From positions 30,393 through 94,392 of the forward strand of contig JABHCP010000012.1 of assembly GCA_018673485.1 (NCBI GenBank): a stretch of 64,000 bases of DNA, read 5' to 3'. The notes beneath the pieces were generated by a model. That model had not been told where the DNA came from. It did no database searches and saw only the letters and a program-made list of their open reading frames with translations. Origin of the DNA: Candidatus Uhrbacteria bacterium (GTDB taxonomy: Bacteria > Patescibacteriota > Patescibacteriia > UBA9934). Below are positions 39,058 through 50,814 of the stretch, piece by piece (position 1 is the first letter of the stretch; each line of letters starts with the position of its first letter). The position numbers and the translations under genes are program-made.

Positions 39058-39729
39058 ATGCCTCAGTGTACCCCCGAAGGTGCGATCGATCTCGTGGACT
39101 TTATTGGCCACACTCACAAGATGCTCGGTCTCATCGACCCAGTCGGGTTGCCCGAGACCGCCTCGCGTATCGATGACGTTGCACATATCCTGGCTGAGAA
39201 CGGCTGGGAGAATGTGACAGAGATGTTCGAGCGTGCTGTCTTGGATCCAAGTGTGCGTCCGATCGCGCATAATATCGAGATGATGAATACGCACATCGGC
39301 CACAATGGCTACAGTGGCACCTACATGCGGTTGACCAGCGGTGATGGCCGATTCCGTGTGGTGATCGCTCCAAGTGACGTATGTGGTATCGAGACCGGAC
39401 AATGGTGGCTCGCTACTGTGACCATGTACGATGTGTCGGGTCCCTCCAGGTCGGCTGCCGCGTACGCTCACTGTTTCGGCGCCCACTACTGGTACGGCCC
39501 TACACCGCATCAGGTCCGTTGCGAAGCCAATCCTGGTTGCATGGCGATGAAGCTTGAGATCTCGCCGTGGCATACCGATGTGGTCATAGGTAGTGAGGGG
39601 CTCTTCGACCGATTGCGCTCCGACAACTATGGCCGCGAGATTCGCATCATGGCCCGCTGTCTCGGCCGCAACCACTTCGCTCGCAACGGGCCGAATTTCG
39701 ACTTCCTCAGGAATATCGAGTTCGAGTAG
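39058..39729 (+). CDS. Hypothetical protein, paralog A (GC-rich)
   Basis: Promoter 38964-38992, AGGAGG SD, ATG 39058; shares motifs with 39930-40577. Confidence 0.8.
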   Translation: MPQCTPEGAIDLVDFIGHTHKMLGLIDPVGLPETASRIDDVAHILAENGWENVTEMFERAVLDPSVRPIAHNIEMMNTHIGHNGYSGTYMRLTSGDGRFRVVIAPSDVCGIETGQWWLATVTMYDVSGPSRSAAAYAHCFGAHYWYGPTPHQVRCEANPGCMAMKLEISPWHTDVVIGSEGLFDRLRSDNYGREIRIMARCLGRNHFARNGPNFDFLRNIEFE

Positions 39730-39760
39730 TGATCGCGACTCGCCCCCCCCCGTACGTCTC

Positions 39761-39783
39761 GAACCCCCACCTCGTGGGGGTTC
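39761..39783 (+). terminator. Hairpin terminator, identical to 40602-40624
   Basis: GAACCCCCAC-CTC-GTGGGGGTTC. Confidence 0.8.
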
Positions 39784-39929
39784 TTCGTTTTCAGCAAAAA
39801 CATTGCTAATTCTGGCCAAAAGCCTTGACAAAAGGGCTTTTTTCTGCTATTGTTAGCAGTTCAAAAAGAACACCTGTGTGTGAAACTTCGCCCGTAAGGG
39901 TATGGGCCTAAAGCCCAAAGGAGGCTGTA

Positions 39930-40577
39930 ATGCCTCAGACCGAAGAAAGTCAGGAGTGCATGGGCGTGAGCGAGTTCGTCAACGCTGTTCACATCATGCT
40001 CGCTCTCCCCAAGCTCGATCTGCCTGAGGACGCCAAGAGCGTCGGTGAGATCCAGGAGGTCCTGCTGGAGAACGGCTGGATGGATATCGCGAAACGCCTC
40101 CGACTCACCGTACGTAAGCACGGTGAGTCGGAGCCCGACTACCGGGGTCCGTACCTGCGTATCGACAGCGCCGATGGGCGTATCCGCGTCACGATCAGTG
40201 ACCGGTGCCCTCGCCCGGAAACCAATGACTGGCAGAGGTGGTACGGTGATGTGATGCTGTTCGATATCTCCGACAGCCACCCGTGGCGCCATGATGACCA
40301 GATCCGCAAGTTCGGTTGTCACATGTGGCAGGACGGCCAGCACCCTCACCAGGTCCACTGCGAGCCCAACCCGGGCCAGCGGATCATGTACCTGAGCTTC
40401 TGGCCCAGTAACGTCGTGGCCGTGCCCGACCATGATGTGCAGGATCACTTCAAGTGGGCCCGCTTCCGCAGTCAGTGGGGGCTCTACATGGACCGAATTG
40501 TGAACGTTGTGGGTGAGTACTTCAACGAAGGTGACTCCTACACCGAGGCGTTCCTGAAGTGCACCTCGGTCGAGTAG
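39930..40577 (+). CDS. Hypothetical protein, paralog B (GC-rich)
   Basis: Promoter 39825-39853, AGGAGG SD; shared LPE, ENGW, DGR.RV.I, FG.H.W, PHQV.CE.NPG. Confidence 0.8.
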   Translation: MPQTEESQECMGVSEFVNAVHIMLALPKLDLPEDAKSVGEIQEVLLENGWMDIAKRLRLTVRKHGESEPDYRGPYLRIDSADGRIRVTISDRCPRPETNDWQRWYGDVMLFDISDSHPWRHDDQIRKFGCHMWQDGQHPHQVHCEPNPGQRIMYLSFWPSNVVAVPDHDVQDHFKWARFRSQWGLYMDRIVNVVGEYFNEGDSYTEAFLKCTSVE

Positions 40578-40685
40578 CTTGCCTCTGACCGATCTTATCT
40601 TGAACCCCCACCTCGTGGGGGTTCTGTGCATCCAAAAGAAAACAACCGCCTTGCGACGGTTGTTTTTTGTATCAATTAGTGAGCG

Positions 40686-42797
40686 TTACTCGCTTAGTTG
40701 GAATCTGGTTTTCATCATTGCTTTGTCAACGAAATCAGATGTTGCCATATTGTTTCCAATTGAGAATCTGGCAAAGGTTGAAGCGTCTAGGTCGATCACA
40801 TAATCTGCCCAACTAAGTCCGTAGACATTATTGGCTGTGTCCTCGTCTGGTACCCATCGTAAAACATTTCCTTCATCAATTGCGTATACCTTTGGATCTG
40901 ACTGAATTTTCACTAAGACTGATCCTGGCTGTGGAAGCATTGGGTCACCCATTTCGAGCGTAGAGAGTGTTGCATCAGTTACCCAGCTTACCTCGTCAAA
41001 TGAATCAGCGTAGGAGAAAAATGCATTCGTGTCCCAGAAAGGTCGTCGTTTTCCGTCTTCATCAACAAAGTAGATTGAGTTGAATGAGCTTGATCGGATG
41101 AATTGACCTTTAGTGATAGTTGAGATATCTTCCTCTTCCCCTGTGACTGGGGAGAACCCTTTATCACCCGTGTATTCTGCAAAGTTTGGCCCCGATGCCG
41201 AATCTTCACTTGTTGATTCTTCCGCACCGTCAGGAGAAAATACTCCCTCAAGACAATTGTCCGTTTCATCACTTTCGGTAACGGTTTCATTTGCATCAAC
41301 GCAAACCTTGATTGTAGAAGTCTCTGTGAGTCGCTGTGGTGTGATTACGAATTCGCCACCCGCGATTGTAGCTCCAGCAGTTGGTAATGTAGCTGTAGAG
41401 TAGTGCCATTCGCGTATGCCATTTATCCAAAAAGTGATATCAAATTCAGATACATTTGCACTTCCCGTGTTTGTAACCGTTGCTTTAATAAGGTCTGTAT
41501 AAGGATTGTTTCCTGGATCATCGCCAATTTCCAAGCTACTCAAGGTGAGGTTCGTGTCAGATTCTGAGCCTGTCGTTGTTTCTTCAGCTTCTGTTGCAGT
41601 TCCCTCTGTGTATTTATAAAGCCCCATGTAGCCAATTTCACCTTCTCGACATACCGCGTAAAGCTCGTCATCTGCAAATATAATAGAATAATACATTGAG
41701 CTTGGCTCTGTGAATTCTGAAGATCCTACAGTGTTCCAGTCTGATCCGTCATACATTTCGACCGTTGAGCTATATTCTGAACCCGTTCCTGTGTCTCCGT
41801 AGATTAAGAAAAGCTCATTGTCAGAATTTCTTGCAAATTGCGTGCCTGTATTTCCAGAGGTGTAGTGATTTTCAATGGAACCATTTCCAAGAGTTTCCCA
41901 TGTATCTGTTGATCTTGTGTACCGATATAGTTCCATTCCATACGCGTAAAGATCAAATCCATCCTGATTTGCCGACATGTAATAGTCGTTGAGCGTTGAC
42001 TCAAATGGCCCATAAAGTAGTGAGCTCCATCCGCTTTCACCTAGAACATATGCGCTGGTGTTGTATTCCACCGTGCAGCTGCCAGTTGTGCACTCCCCGT
42101 CTCCTGCGATATTCATGATTAGATATATTTCACCATTATCATCGATATCAAACTGCATCTCTCCAATGCTTGAGTAATACGGCCAAAGTGCATATTCCCA
42201 GCCGTCATTTTCGTTTCCATCAACATCTGTTGAGGTGTTGCCTGTATAGGCATGAATCATCGTGGACGGAGTGTCTGAGGTATGTCCTCCGTTTGCATCG
42301 TCAATATAGACAAGATAAACCGTATCATCTGGCGCTATCGCGAATTGTAGGTTTACGGGGTATTCGTCTTCTATTGCAACACCATAGCTTCCAAGGTTTC
42401 CAACATCGTCCCAAGAGCTCCCATTGTATTTTTGAACATAGACTCCCCCCTCGTGATAATAGCTAATATAAAGCTCATCACTTGAATTTACAGCGAGTTT
42501 AATATCATCATATCCGCCATCTAGATCAATATTTTGCAGTGACGTGACAGCGCCGTCTTCATATTTCTCAATACTAATCCACATATCATGAACTACATAG
42601 TCCGCAATCGATGTACCGGTTCGGTCATACTCGATAAAGGATGTGTAGATGACCCCTTCGCTGTCGGTCACGATAGATGAGTGGGTCGATGGATTGCTAG
42701 ACAGTGTTTCCATTTTTTGCCAATCTGATGTGGCATTAGCCATCCCCGGCCCTAGCACGAGGGTTAGGAGCGAAAGAAAGAATATTTTTTTCATCAT
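40686..42797 (-). CDS. Large secreted protein with CARDB-like domain and CPR-type C-terminal repeats
   Basis: Signal peptide; ATVTNTG...VDANETVTESDETDN; VKIQSDPKVYAI..LRWVPDE. Confidence 0.75.
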   Translation of the reverse strand: MMKKIFFLSLLTLVLGPGMANATSDWQKMETLSSNPSTHSSIVTDSEGVIYTSFIEYDRTGTSIADYVVHDMWISIEKYEDGAVTSLQNIDLDGGYDDIKLAVNSSDELYISYYHEGGVYVQKYNGSSWDDVGNLGSYGVAIEDEYPVNLQFAIAPDDTVYLVYIDDANGGHTSDTPSTMIHAYTGNTSTDVDGNENDGWEYALWPYYSSIGEMQFDIDDNGEIYLIMNIAGDGECTTGSCTVEYNTSAYVLGESGWSSLLYGPFESTLNDYYMSANQDGFDLYAYGMELYRYTRSTDTWETLGNGSIENHYTSGNTGTQFARNSDNELFLIYGDTGTGSEYSSTVEMYDGSDWNTVGSSEFTEPSSMYYSIIFADDELYAVCREGEIGYMGLYKYTEGTATEAEETTTGSESDTNLTLSSLEIGDDPGNNPYTDLIKATVTNTGSANVSEFDITFWINGIREWHYSTATLPTAGATIAGGEFVITPQRLTETSTIKVCVDANETVTESDETDNCLEGVFSPDGAEESTSEDSASGPNFAEYTGDKGFSPVTGEEEDISTITKGQFIRSSSFNSIYFVDEDGKRRPFWDTNAFFSYADSFDEVSWVTDATLSTLEMGDPMLPQPGSVLVKIQSDPKVYAIDEGNVLRWVPDEDTANNVYGLSWADYVIDLDASTFARFSIGNNMATSDFVDKAMMKTRFQLSE

Positions 42798-42927
42798 ACT
42801 GTTTATTTAATTATAATAATTATTTGTTTTTTTAGAAGATCTCAGATGATCTGAGGCCTTTGCGTACAACCATCATACCAGCAATGATATTTTTTAAATA
42901 TATAGTTTTCCACAGATCATTCTAATA

Positions 42928-43004
42928 AAAAAAACAACCGCTGATTAATCCAGTAGATCCCTCGACGTTGCTCGGGATGACGGATTAGTTGGCGGTTGTT
43001 TTTT
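42928..43004. terminator. Long terminator hairpin with a family-C repeat in its loop
   Basis: AAACAACCGCTGATTAATCC / GGATTAGTTGGCGGTTGTTT enclosing AGATCCCTCGACGTTGCTCGGGATGAC. Confidence 0.75.
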
Positions 43005-43007
43005 TGT

Positions 43008-43415
43008 TTATTCGATTTCTGCGATTGTTACTATGTTGTTCTCGTCAATCTCTGCGAGAGCCATTACAACTTTCAATCCATTGTACTTACCTTCCAAAAT
43101 TACTTTTGACTTCTCCATCTGTTCGATCTGGAACGCGTGCTCAGCCTCTATTCCAGCAAATGCTGAATGTCCGCCGTATCCTCCGCAATCCATGTGATGC
43201 ATGATAATCAGTGTATCGATTAAGTGCAGTCGTTTTGAAATGTCGATCTGTGTTGCGACGAATCCCTCGGGATCTTCTATGAGATCTTTGGTAGCTCCGG
43301 CAACAGAGATGATATCGCAATTGTTAACGATTCCATTATTTTCTAAATACTCTTCGATGGCTGACTCTAGACGAAAGTCCATGCAACGGACGAGAGCGTG
43401 TGTACATTGGCTCAT
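43008..43415 (-). CDS. Putative beta-type carbonic anhydrase
   Basis: CMDFR and HMDCGGY motifs. Confidence 0.75.
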   Translation of the reverse strand: MSQCTHALVRCMDFRLESAIEEYLENNGIVNNCDIISVAGATKDLIEDPEGFVATQIDISKRLHLIDTLIIMHHMDCGGYGGHSAFAGIEAEHAFQIEQMEKSKVILEGKYNGLKVVMALAEIDENNIVTIAEIE

Positions 43416-43506
43416 ATGATTGTTTAATTTGTTTAAATGTTTAAAGTGTTTACTTCGAAGTAAACAATTTCAACAAGTGAGGGCAGCGCCCGAACGATTA
43501 GACACT

Positions 43507-43944
43507 TTAAACCTTCCTTCCTACATCGCGATACTTTCCTTTGGAAGCAACTTTGTGTCGCGCCATTTCACGTTCCAGGTGAACGAGTGCGTCGGCGTAG
43601 GCGACGTCACTTTGATCGCGCGCTTCTTCTAGTCGTTTTTGAGCAAGATCTCTTGCTTTCTCGATCTCCTCAATCGCTAGCTCGTCAGAACGCTCAGCAG
43701 TATCTGCTAGAATTATCACTTCGTTGTTAGGTCGAACCTCTATCAATCCGGTCGAAACCGCGAGCAATGATTGGTCTTTACCGTCTTTGAGCCGCATCTC
43801 ACCAGCACGTAGGAGTGAGACTAGTGGAATGTGGTTTGATAGAATTGTGATTTCTCCATTTTCTGTCATTACAGAAATCGAATCAACCGAGTCCTCAAAA
43901 ACGACACGCTCTGGAGTTACAATTTTTAGGTTTATTTTTATCAT
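43507..43944 (-). CDS. atpC: ATP synthase epsilon
   Basis: IVTPER, GEITILSNHIP, ILADTAE. Confidence 0.95.
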   Translation of the reverse strand: MIKINLKIVTPERVVFEDSVDSISVMTENGEITILSNHIPLVSLLRAGEMRLKDGKDQSLLAVSTGLIEVRPNNEVIILADTAERSDELAIEEIEKARDLAQKRLEEARDQSDVAYADALVHLEREMARHKVASKGKYRDVGRKV

Positions 43945-44088
43945 AGTGATTGCTTTGGAATGTATACGCTCAACACACACACCATCTCGAAGGCCGGAGG
44001 CCGAGAGATCCCGTTGTTTGAGCGATGTCCACAGTTATACTGCGGGATCCTTCGGTAGGACCTCAGGATGACGGCTGATGGAACAAAA

Positions 44089-45477
<1,389 letters not shown>

Positions 45478-46377
45478 TTATTCAATTGCCGCTTTACCAC
45501 TTGAGATCTCAGCGATTTCCTGAGTGATTGAAGCTTGGCGGATACGGTTGTAAGTGAAGGTTAGTTCTTTGAGCATGTCCTCTGCACTGTCGGTTGCGTT
45601 TCTCATTGCCATCATTCGTGCGGAGTGCTCGGAAGCTGCGGACTCGAGAAGTGCCTGGTAGAGCATCGTTTCAATGAGCCTTGGCAACATTCGCTCGAGC
45701 ACTCTGCTTGGACTTGGTTCAAATATGTATTCATTGGCGAGTTCGAGCTTTTCCGGTTCTTCTTTTTTATCTACCTTACCGAGCTCGTCGTCAGGTTTTC
45801 CTAGTGGCAGTAGTTCAAATACTCTAGGTTTTTGTGTCAGGCTTGATACGAAGTCCGTATAGCCAACGATCACTCGTTTGTATTCCTTTTTGTAGTACGC
45901 TTCCATTATCATGTTTCCGATCGGCAGGATGTCAGAAAATGTTGGTTTATTTGATAGATCTTCAAATCGGGCAATGACTTCTATATTGTTTCGTGAAAGC
46001 GCGTCGCCACCACGCCGCCCTACTGCAATTGCCTCGACTGTTGTACCATCGTCGATCTTTTTGATCTCTGACAATGCCTCTTTCACCATGTTGGCGTTGA
46101 ATCCACCGGCCAATCCGCGATCAGCAGTAAAGAGTATGAATAGCGTCTTGTTGGCGTCCGCGTTTTCCTCAAGCAGAGGATGCGACACATTCTCAGTTGC
46201 GCGACCAATCATGTTTATTGTGTCCCAAGAATTCTGAGAAAATGGACGTGTACCAATAACTGCCTGCGTTGCTCGACGCATTTTGCTCGCAGCAACAAGC
46301 TCCATTGCCTTTGTGATTTTCATCGTGTTAGCAATGGATTTGATTCGTCGCTTTACTGTTTTGGTAGAAGCAGCCAC
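45478..46377 (-). CDS. atpG: ATP synthase gamma
   Basis: KITKAMELVAASK, DRGLAG, RQASITQEI. Confidence 0.97.
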   Translation of the reverse strand: MAASTKTVKRRIKSIANTMKITKAMELVAASKMRRATQAVIGTRPFSQNSWDTINMIGRATENVSHPLLEENADANKTLFILFTADRGLAGGFNANMVKEALSEIKKIDDGTTVEAIAVGRRGGDALSRNNIEVIARFEDLSNKPTFSDILPIGNMIMEAYYKKEYKRVIVGYTDFVSSLTQKPRVFELLPLGKPDDELGKVDKKEEPEKLELANEYIFEPSPSRVLERMLPRLIETMLYQALLESAASEHSARMMAMRNATDSAEDMLKELTFTYNRIRQASITQEIAEISSGKAAIE

Positions 46378-46380
46378 AGA

Positions 46381-47922
46381 TTAATCTTTATCTTCTTCTG
46401 ATTTATCTTTGATTTGCTCCGGAGCGAATCCCTTTACAAAATCATCAGCAAGTTTTTTGATTTGTGTTTTTGTGTCGTCTGAGATTTCCTTGTCGTCAGT
46501 AACTTTCTTTAGAATTGCAGACCCTGCAGTTTCAAGATAGTTTAGGAATTTGTCTTCAAACTCTAGAATTTTATCTACCTCAATGACATCAAGATAACCT
46601 TCGTTTAGAAGTGTGATCAAGATTGATTGTGCAGCAAATGAAATCGGTCGGTATTGACCTTGCTTCATAAGTTCCATTGATCGCTTTCCACGCTCAAGTT
46701 GTGCCTTTGTTGCTTCATCAAGATCGGTTGCAAACTGTGCGAAAGCTTCCAACTCACGGAACTGTGCTAGGTCAACCTTTAGAGTCTTAGCAACTGATTT
46801 CATCGCTTTTGTTTGCGCTGATGATCCTACACGTGAAACTGAAAGTCCAACGTTAAGTGCTGGTCGCTGTCCTTTGTAGAAGAGATCGCTCTCCAAAAAG
46901 ATCTGACCGTCGGTAATTGAAATAACGTTTGTAGGAATGTACGCCGAAACGTCACCACCTTGAGTTTCAATAATTGGAAGTGCAGTGATTGATCCGCCAC
47001 CTTGCTCTTCACTCAGTCGAGCTGATCGCTCCAACAGGCGTGAGTGCAAGTAGAAAACATCTCCAGGATAAGCTTCTCGTCCTGGTGGTCGACGCAGAAG
47101 TAGTGAAATCTCTCGATACGCCCATGCGTGCTTGGAAAGGTCATCATAAATCACAAGTATGTCCTCTCCCTTGTCCATGAAATACTCAGCAATTGCACAT
47201 CCGGCATATGGCGCGATATATGAAAGTGATGCTGGGTCGGACGCTCCGGCGAGCACGATAGTTGTGTATTCCATCGCTCCCTCTTTTTCCAGTCGAGCTG
47301 TGATGTTTGCAATTTTTGATTCTTTCTGACCAATTGCTACATAGATACATTTAACACCTTCACCTTTTTGGTTGATGATTGTGTCAATTGCGATTGCAGT
47401 TTTTCCAGTTTGTCGGTCTCCAATGATCAACTCACGCTGACCACGTCCAATCGGGATCAATGAATCAATAGCTTTCAATCCAGTATGCAAAGGAACTGAT
47501 ACGGATTGACGTGAGATAACTCCAGGTGCAATTTTTTCGATTGGCTGGTAGTTGTCTGATGTAATTTCACCCTTACCGTCCAATGCTTTACCAAGTGGGT
47601 TTACTACTCGACCAACTACTTGTTCATTAACTGGAATTGAAAGAATTCGTCCAGTTGATTTTACTGTGTCGCCTTCATTGATGTTTTGTGCATTTCCCAA
47701 AACAATAGCTCCGATGCTTTCTTCCTCAATGTTAAGTGCTACTCCCATAACGCCACCTTTGAACTCCAAGAGCTCCATAGATTTTGCTTCAGAAAGTCCA
47801 CTTAGCCGAACTACACCGTCGGCAACAGACAAAACTGTTCCAACTGATTCAACTTGTGCTTGTGATTTGAATTGCTCAACGGTCTTGCGCAATTCGTCAA
47901 TTATTTGTTGTTTTTGTGCCAT
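46381..47922 (-). CDS. atpA: ATP synthase alpha
   Basis: [28 protein letters not shown]. Confidence 0.98.
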   Translation of the reverse strand: MAQKQQIIDELRKTVEQFKSQAQVESVGTVLSVADGVVRLSGLSEAKSMELLEFKGGVMGVALNIEEESIGAIVLGNAQNINEGDTVKSTGRILSIPVNEQVVGRVVNPLGKALDGKGEITSDNYQPIEKIAPGVISRQSVSVPLHTGLKAIDSLIPIGRGQRELIIGDRQTGKTAIAIDTIINQKGEGVKCIYVAIGQKESKIANITARLEKEGAMEYTTIVLAGASDPASLSYIAPYAGCAIAEYFMDKGEDILVIYDDLSKHAWAYREISLLLRRPPGREAYPGDVFYLHSRLLERSARLSEEQGGGSITALPIIETQGGDVSAYIPTNVISITDGQIFLESDLFYKGQRPALNVGLSVSRVGSSAQTKAMKSVAKTLKVDLAQFRELEAFAQFATDLDEATKAQLERGKRSMELMKQGQYRPISFAAQSILITLLNEGYLDVIEVDKILEFEDKFLNYLETAGSAILKKVTDDKEISDDTKTQIKKLADDFVKGFAPEQIKDKSEEDKD

Positions 47923-47927
47923 ACACC

Positions 47928-48311
47928 TTATTTACTTAAAGTCATTTTTAGTTTTTGAAGCGTGCCCGCTATCGATCCGTCTATACGCTTATCATCGATT
48001 CTTATTACTGATCCACCGATTAATCGCTCATCAACTCGCCGTACGATGTCTGCTCCTTTGGCGAGCTTCTCGATCTCTTCGTTTGCCAATTCTGTTAATG
48101 GGTGAGCAGATACCACTGTGATCTTTGATACTCCGTATTTTTCCTTCCATGCTTTGTGGATGTGCATTTCTATTTCGCGCCAACTTCCCAGTAGTTTGTT
48201 CTCTGCCAGGAATGCTACGAATTCTTTCATTACATCCGGAACTGCTTCGTACTCTAGGTCTTCGAGTTGGTCTACTAAAACACGTGCTATGGTTTTTGCA
48301 TTAGTATCCAT
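47928..48311 (-). CDS. atpH: ATP synthase delta (short form)
   Basis: VSAHPL, LIGG..IRIDD..IDGS; operon position. Confidence 0.9.
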   Translation of the reverse strand: MDTNAKTIARVLVDQLEDLEYEAVPDVMKEFVAFLAENKLLGSWREIEMHIHKAWKEKYGVSKITVVSAHPLTELANEEIEKLAKGADIVRRVDERLIGGSVIRIDDKRIDGSIAGTLQKLKMTLSK

Positions 48312-48314
48312 AGA

Positions 48315-48950
48315 CTAGGTTAGTTTTCGTACAACCTCTTCTGCTATTGATTTAGACTTTGTTTCATCAATTTGATCTTGCAAAATTCTAGTTGCTGATT
48401 TTACCGCAATGTCAATTATGTCTTTTCGCACTTCTTTAATCATCGCAGTTCTTTCTTCAGTTAGTTGATCCTTACCTTTAGCAATCACTCGTTCGACTTC
48501 GCGTTTTGCAGCGCCGATGATTTCTTCTTGGCGCGCTTTACCTGAGTCATGTGCTTTCTCAATGATCTCTTGAGCTTGTTTTTGCGCATTGATGATCATT
48601 TCCTCTTTTTCGTTTTCGATCTCAGTAACTCGCTTTTCGATGTCGTCAGCTTGCTTCATGCTCTTTTCGATTTTTTCTGAGCGTTCATCGAGCATTTTTA
48701 CAATCGGCTTGTAAACAAACTTCCACAAAACAATCAACACGATTAAGAAGTTGATAAGTTGCGCTGCAAAGATTTGTCCGTTTAATCCAAACTGACCAGC
48801 AACGGCCGCGATTGGATTATCACTTTCAGTTTCGTGACCTACAGATTCTTGGAGTTCACCAACTTCTGCTTGATCCTCACATTCATGACCTTGGCATTCT
48901 TCAATACCTTCATCGTGAACCTCGTTAGTATTTGTTTCTTCTTGACTCAT
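48315..48950 (-). CDS. atpF: ATP synthase subunit b
   Basis: QLINF...YKPIVKMLDER...I; operon position. Confidence 0.93.
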   Translation of the reverse strand: MSQEETNTNEVHDEGIEECQGHECEDQAEVGELQESVGHETESDNPIAAVAGQFGLNGQIFAAQLINFLIVLIVLWKFVYKPIVKMLDERSEKIEKSMKQADDIEKRVTEIENEKEEMIINAQKQAQEIIEKAHDSGKARQEEIIGAAKREVERVIAKGKDQLTEERTAMIKEVRKDIIDIAVKSATRILQDQIDETKSKSIAEEVVRKLT

Positions 48951-49071
48951 AGTTTTTATAATAGTCTCAATTCCACCGAGCTAAATTATTTGCTTTAGCG
49001 AAGCTCGATGGTCAAAGATCATTAATAGAGTTTTTCCAGTTCGACACAATTATGCGCCGACTGGGAAAGTT

Positions 49072-49314
<243 letters not shown>

Positions 49315-49376
49315 TTAGTAACAGATCTCTAATGAGATTTGATCCATTTAGAATAATCTAAACAGATCGAATCACA

Positions 49377-50246
49377 CTAGGCGTGTGCCTCAACTTTTTC
49401 TTCTTCATGTTCTTCATCGTGACCATGGCTCATCGTTGCTACTACTAGGAATGCAAGAGTTAACATCGCAAACACTGTTGCCTGAATTACTCCTACAAGG
49501 AGCTCCAAGAACATGAATGGAATTGGAAGAACGTATGAGAATAGTCCGAGCATTACTGTCATCAATACTTCACCGGCAAAAATGTTTCCAAACAATCGTA
49601 GTGAGAGTGAGAGAGTTTTTGCAAATTCCCCAATAATCTCGATTAATCCGATGAAGAACTCAACACATGCAATGACTACAGCCATTGGACCATGTTTAAA
49701 AGCCTTGAAGATTCCTTTGAAGTTTAGGAACTTACTAAAGTGATTGAAAACTCCAAGTGAGCGCATTCCTGCAAAGTGAGTTGTCAAAATTGCGATCATT
49801 GCAATACCAAGGGTCAAGTTAAGGTCACTTGTTGCTGGGCGCAATAGTGGAATCAACTCAAAGTGGCCGTGTAAATATCCGTAAACTCCAATTGATCCAG
49901 TTCCTGGGAGTTGTCCAAGCCAGTTAGAGAAAAGTATAAAGAAGAAGATTGTTGCAACCAGTGGTAGGAACGCTCGGGCTTTCTTTTTATCTTCTGTAAC
50001 TTTTTCAATTTCGTTTAATGCGAACTCGATCAGTGTCTCAACTAGGTTGTAAAGTCCTTTTGGAATAATGCTAATTTTTTTTGTCACTAAGACTGCTACC
50101 AAAACAAAAAACGCGACTGCTATATACGCGTTTAACATGGAATTGGTGATTGTAAAGTTTCCGATCTCAAAAATAGGTTCTGCAGCAAGTGGAATGCTCG
50201 CGTACGCAAGTTTATTTACTATCCCCTTTTTCGTATAGCTCTCCAT
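49377..50246 (-). CDS. atpB: ATP synthase subunit a (start uncertain)
   Basis: SLSLRLFGNIFAGE, IQATVF. Confidence 0.95.
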   Translation of the reverse strand: MESYTKKGIVNKLAYASIPLAAEPIFEIGNFTITNSMLNAYIAVAFFVLVAVLVTKKISIIPKGLYNLVETLIEFALNEIEKVTEDKKKARAFLPLVATIFFFILFSNWLGQLPGTGSIGVYGYLHGHFELIPLLRPATSDLNLTLGIAMIAILTTHFAGMRSLGVFNHFSKFLNFKGIFKAFKHGPMAVVIACVEFFIGLIEIIGEFAKTLSLSLRLFGNIFAGEVLMTVMLGLFSYVLPIPFMFLELLVGVIQATVFAMLTLAFLVVATMSHGHDEEHEEEKVEAHA

Positions 50247-50481
50247 AGTACTTTGCCTTTTTGGCAATGATTACAACTGTAATTGTGAGTGCTGCTATCA
50301 GCAGTCCGCCTAATATCCATGGCTCTGTTCCAAATTTTTCATCAAGTCTTTTACCGGCCATCACGGCAAGCAGTGCAGGAACTGCAATTGTTACCCCGAA
50401 GTCGGCGGCAACGCGAAATGCGAGCACGTAATAGTAGCGATCTGACGCTTGATTTGATTGCTTTTTTGGCAAATCTACCAT
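50212..50481 (-). CDS. AtpZ/AtpI family protein
   Basis: G..LD..FGT.PW; first gene of operon, promoter TTGACC-17-TATACT at ~50498-50527. Confidence 0.85.
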   Translation of the reverse strand: MVDLPKKQSNQASDRYYYVLAFRVAADFGVTIAVPALLAVMAGKRLDEKFGTEPWILGGLLIAALTITVVIIAKKAKYYGELYEKGDSK

Positions 50482-50562
50482 GTGAAAAATTCGGCCATAG
50501 TATAGCTCGGGAATTCAAATGGGTCAAGCGGTCAATTTTTTGGCTTTTTACTTCACCAATCT

Positions 50563-50728
50563 AAAAGAATAAACCCCTTTTCAGGGGTTTATTCTCGCAC
50601 TCCGCTTAATATGCGGTTGCCGTTTAAAATCGGCTGCTTTGAACTCTTTCGAGCTCTAGCTATGCTTTCCATGTCACTGCAAAAATGCAGTCGCTGTTTA
50701 ATATCAGCTGCTCTTTCGAGCTCTGGAT
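50563..50728 (-). ncRNA. Candidate sRNA: two tandem three-hairpin units plus terminator
   Basis: Repeated unit with compensatory stem changes; 13-bp terminator 50566-50595; promoter-like TTGCAT..TATGGT at 50735-50762. Confidence 0.6.
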
Positions 50729-50814
50729 ATTGTTACCATAGCATAGGTGCAGGAAAATGCAAGCACTGCAGTATGGGCCGGGAAGGTTTTTATAATAGCG
50801 GATATTCAAGTAGT

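Noticed and set aside
38992-40631. Long minus-strand ORFs (279 and 256 aa)
   Set aside because: Antisense shadows of GC-rich plus-strand genes that carry the promoter, SD and paralogy
50190-50267. Non-canonical start of atpB
   Set aside because: An in-frame ATG at 50246 overlapping the upstream gene is an adequate explanation
50563-50728. Type III toxin-antitoxin antitoxin array
   Set aside because: The repeat-terminator layout fits, but the next gene is atpZ/I, not a toxin
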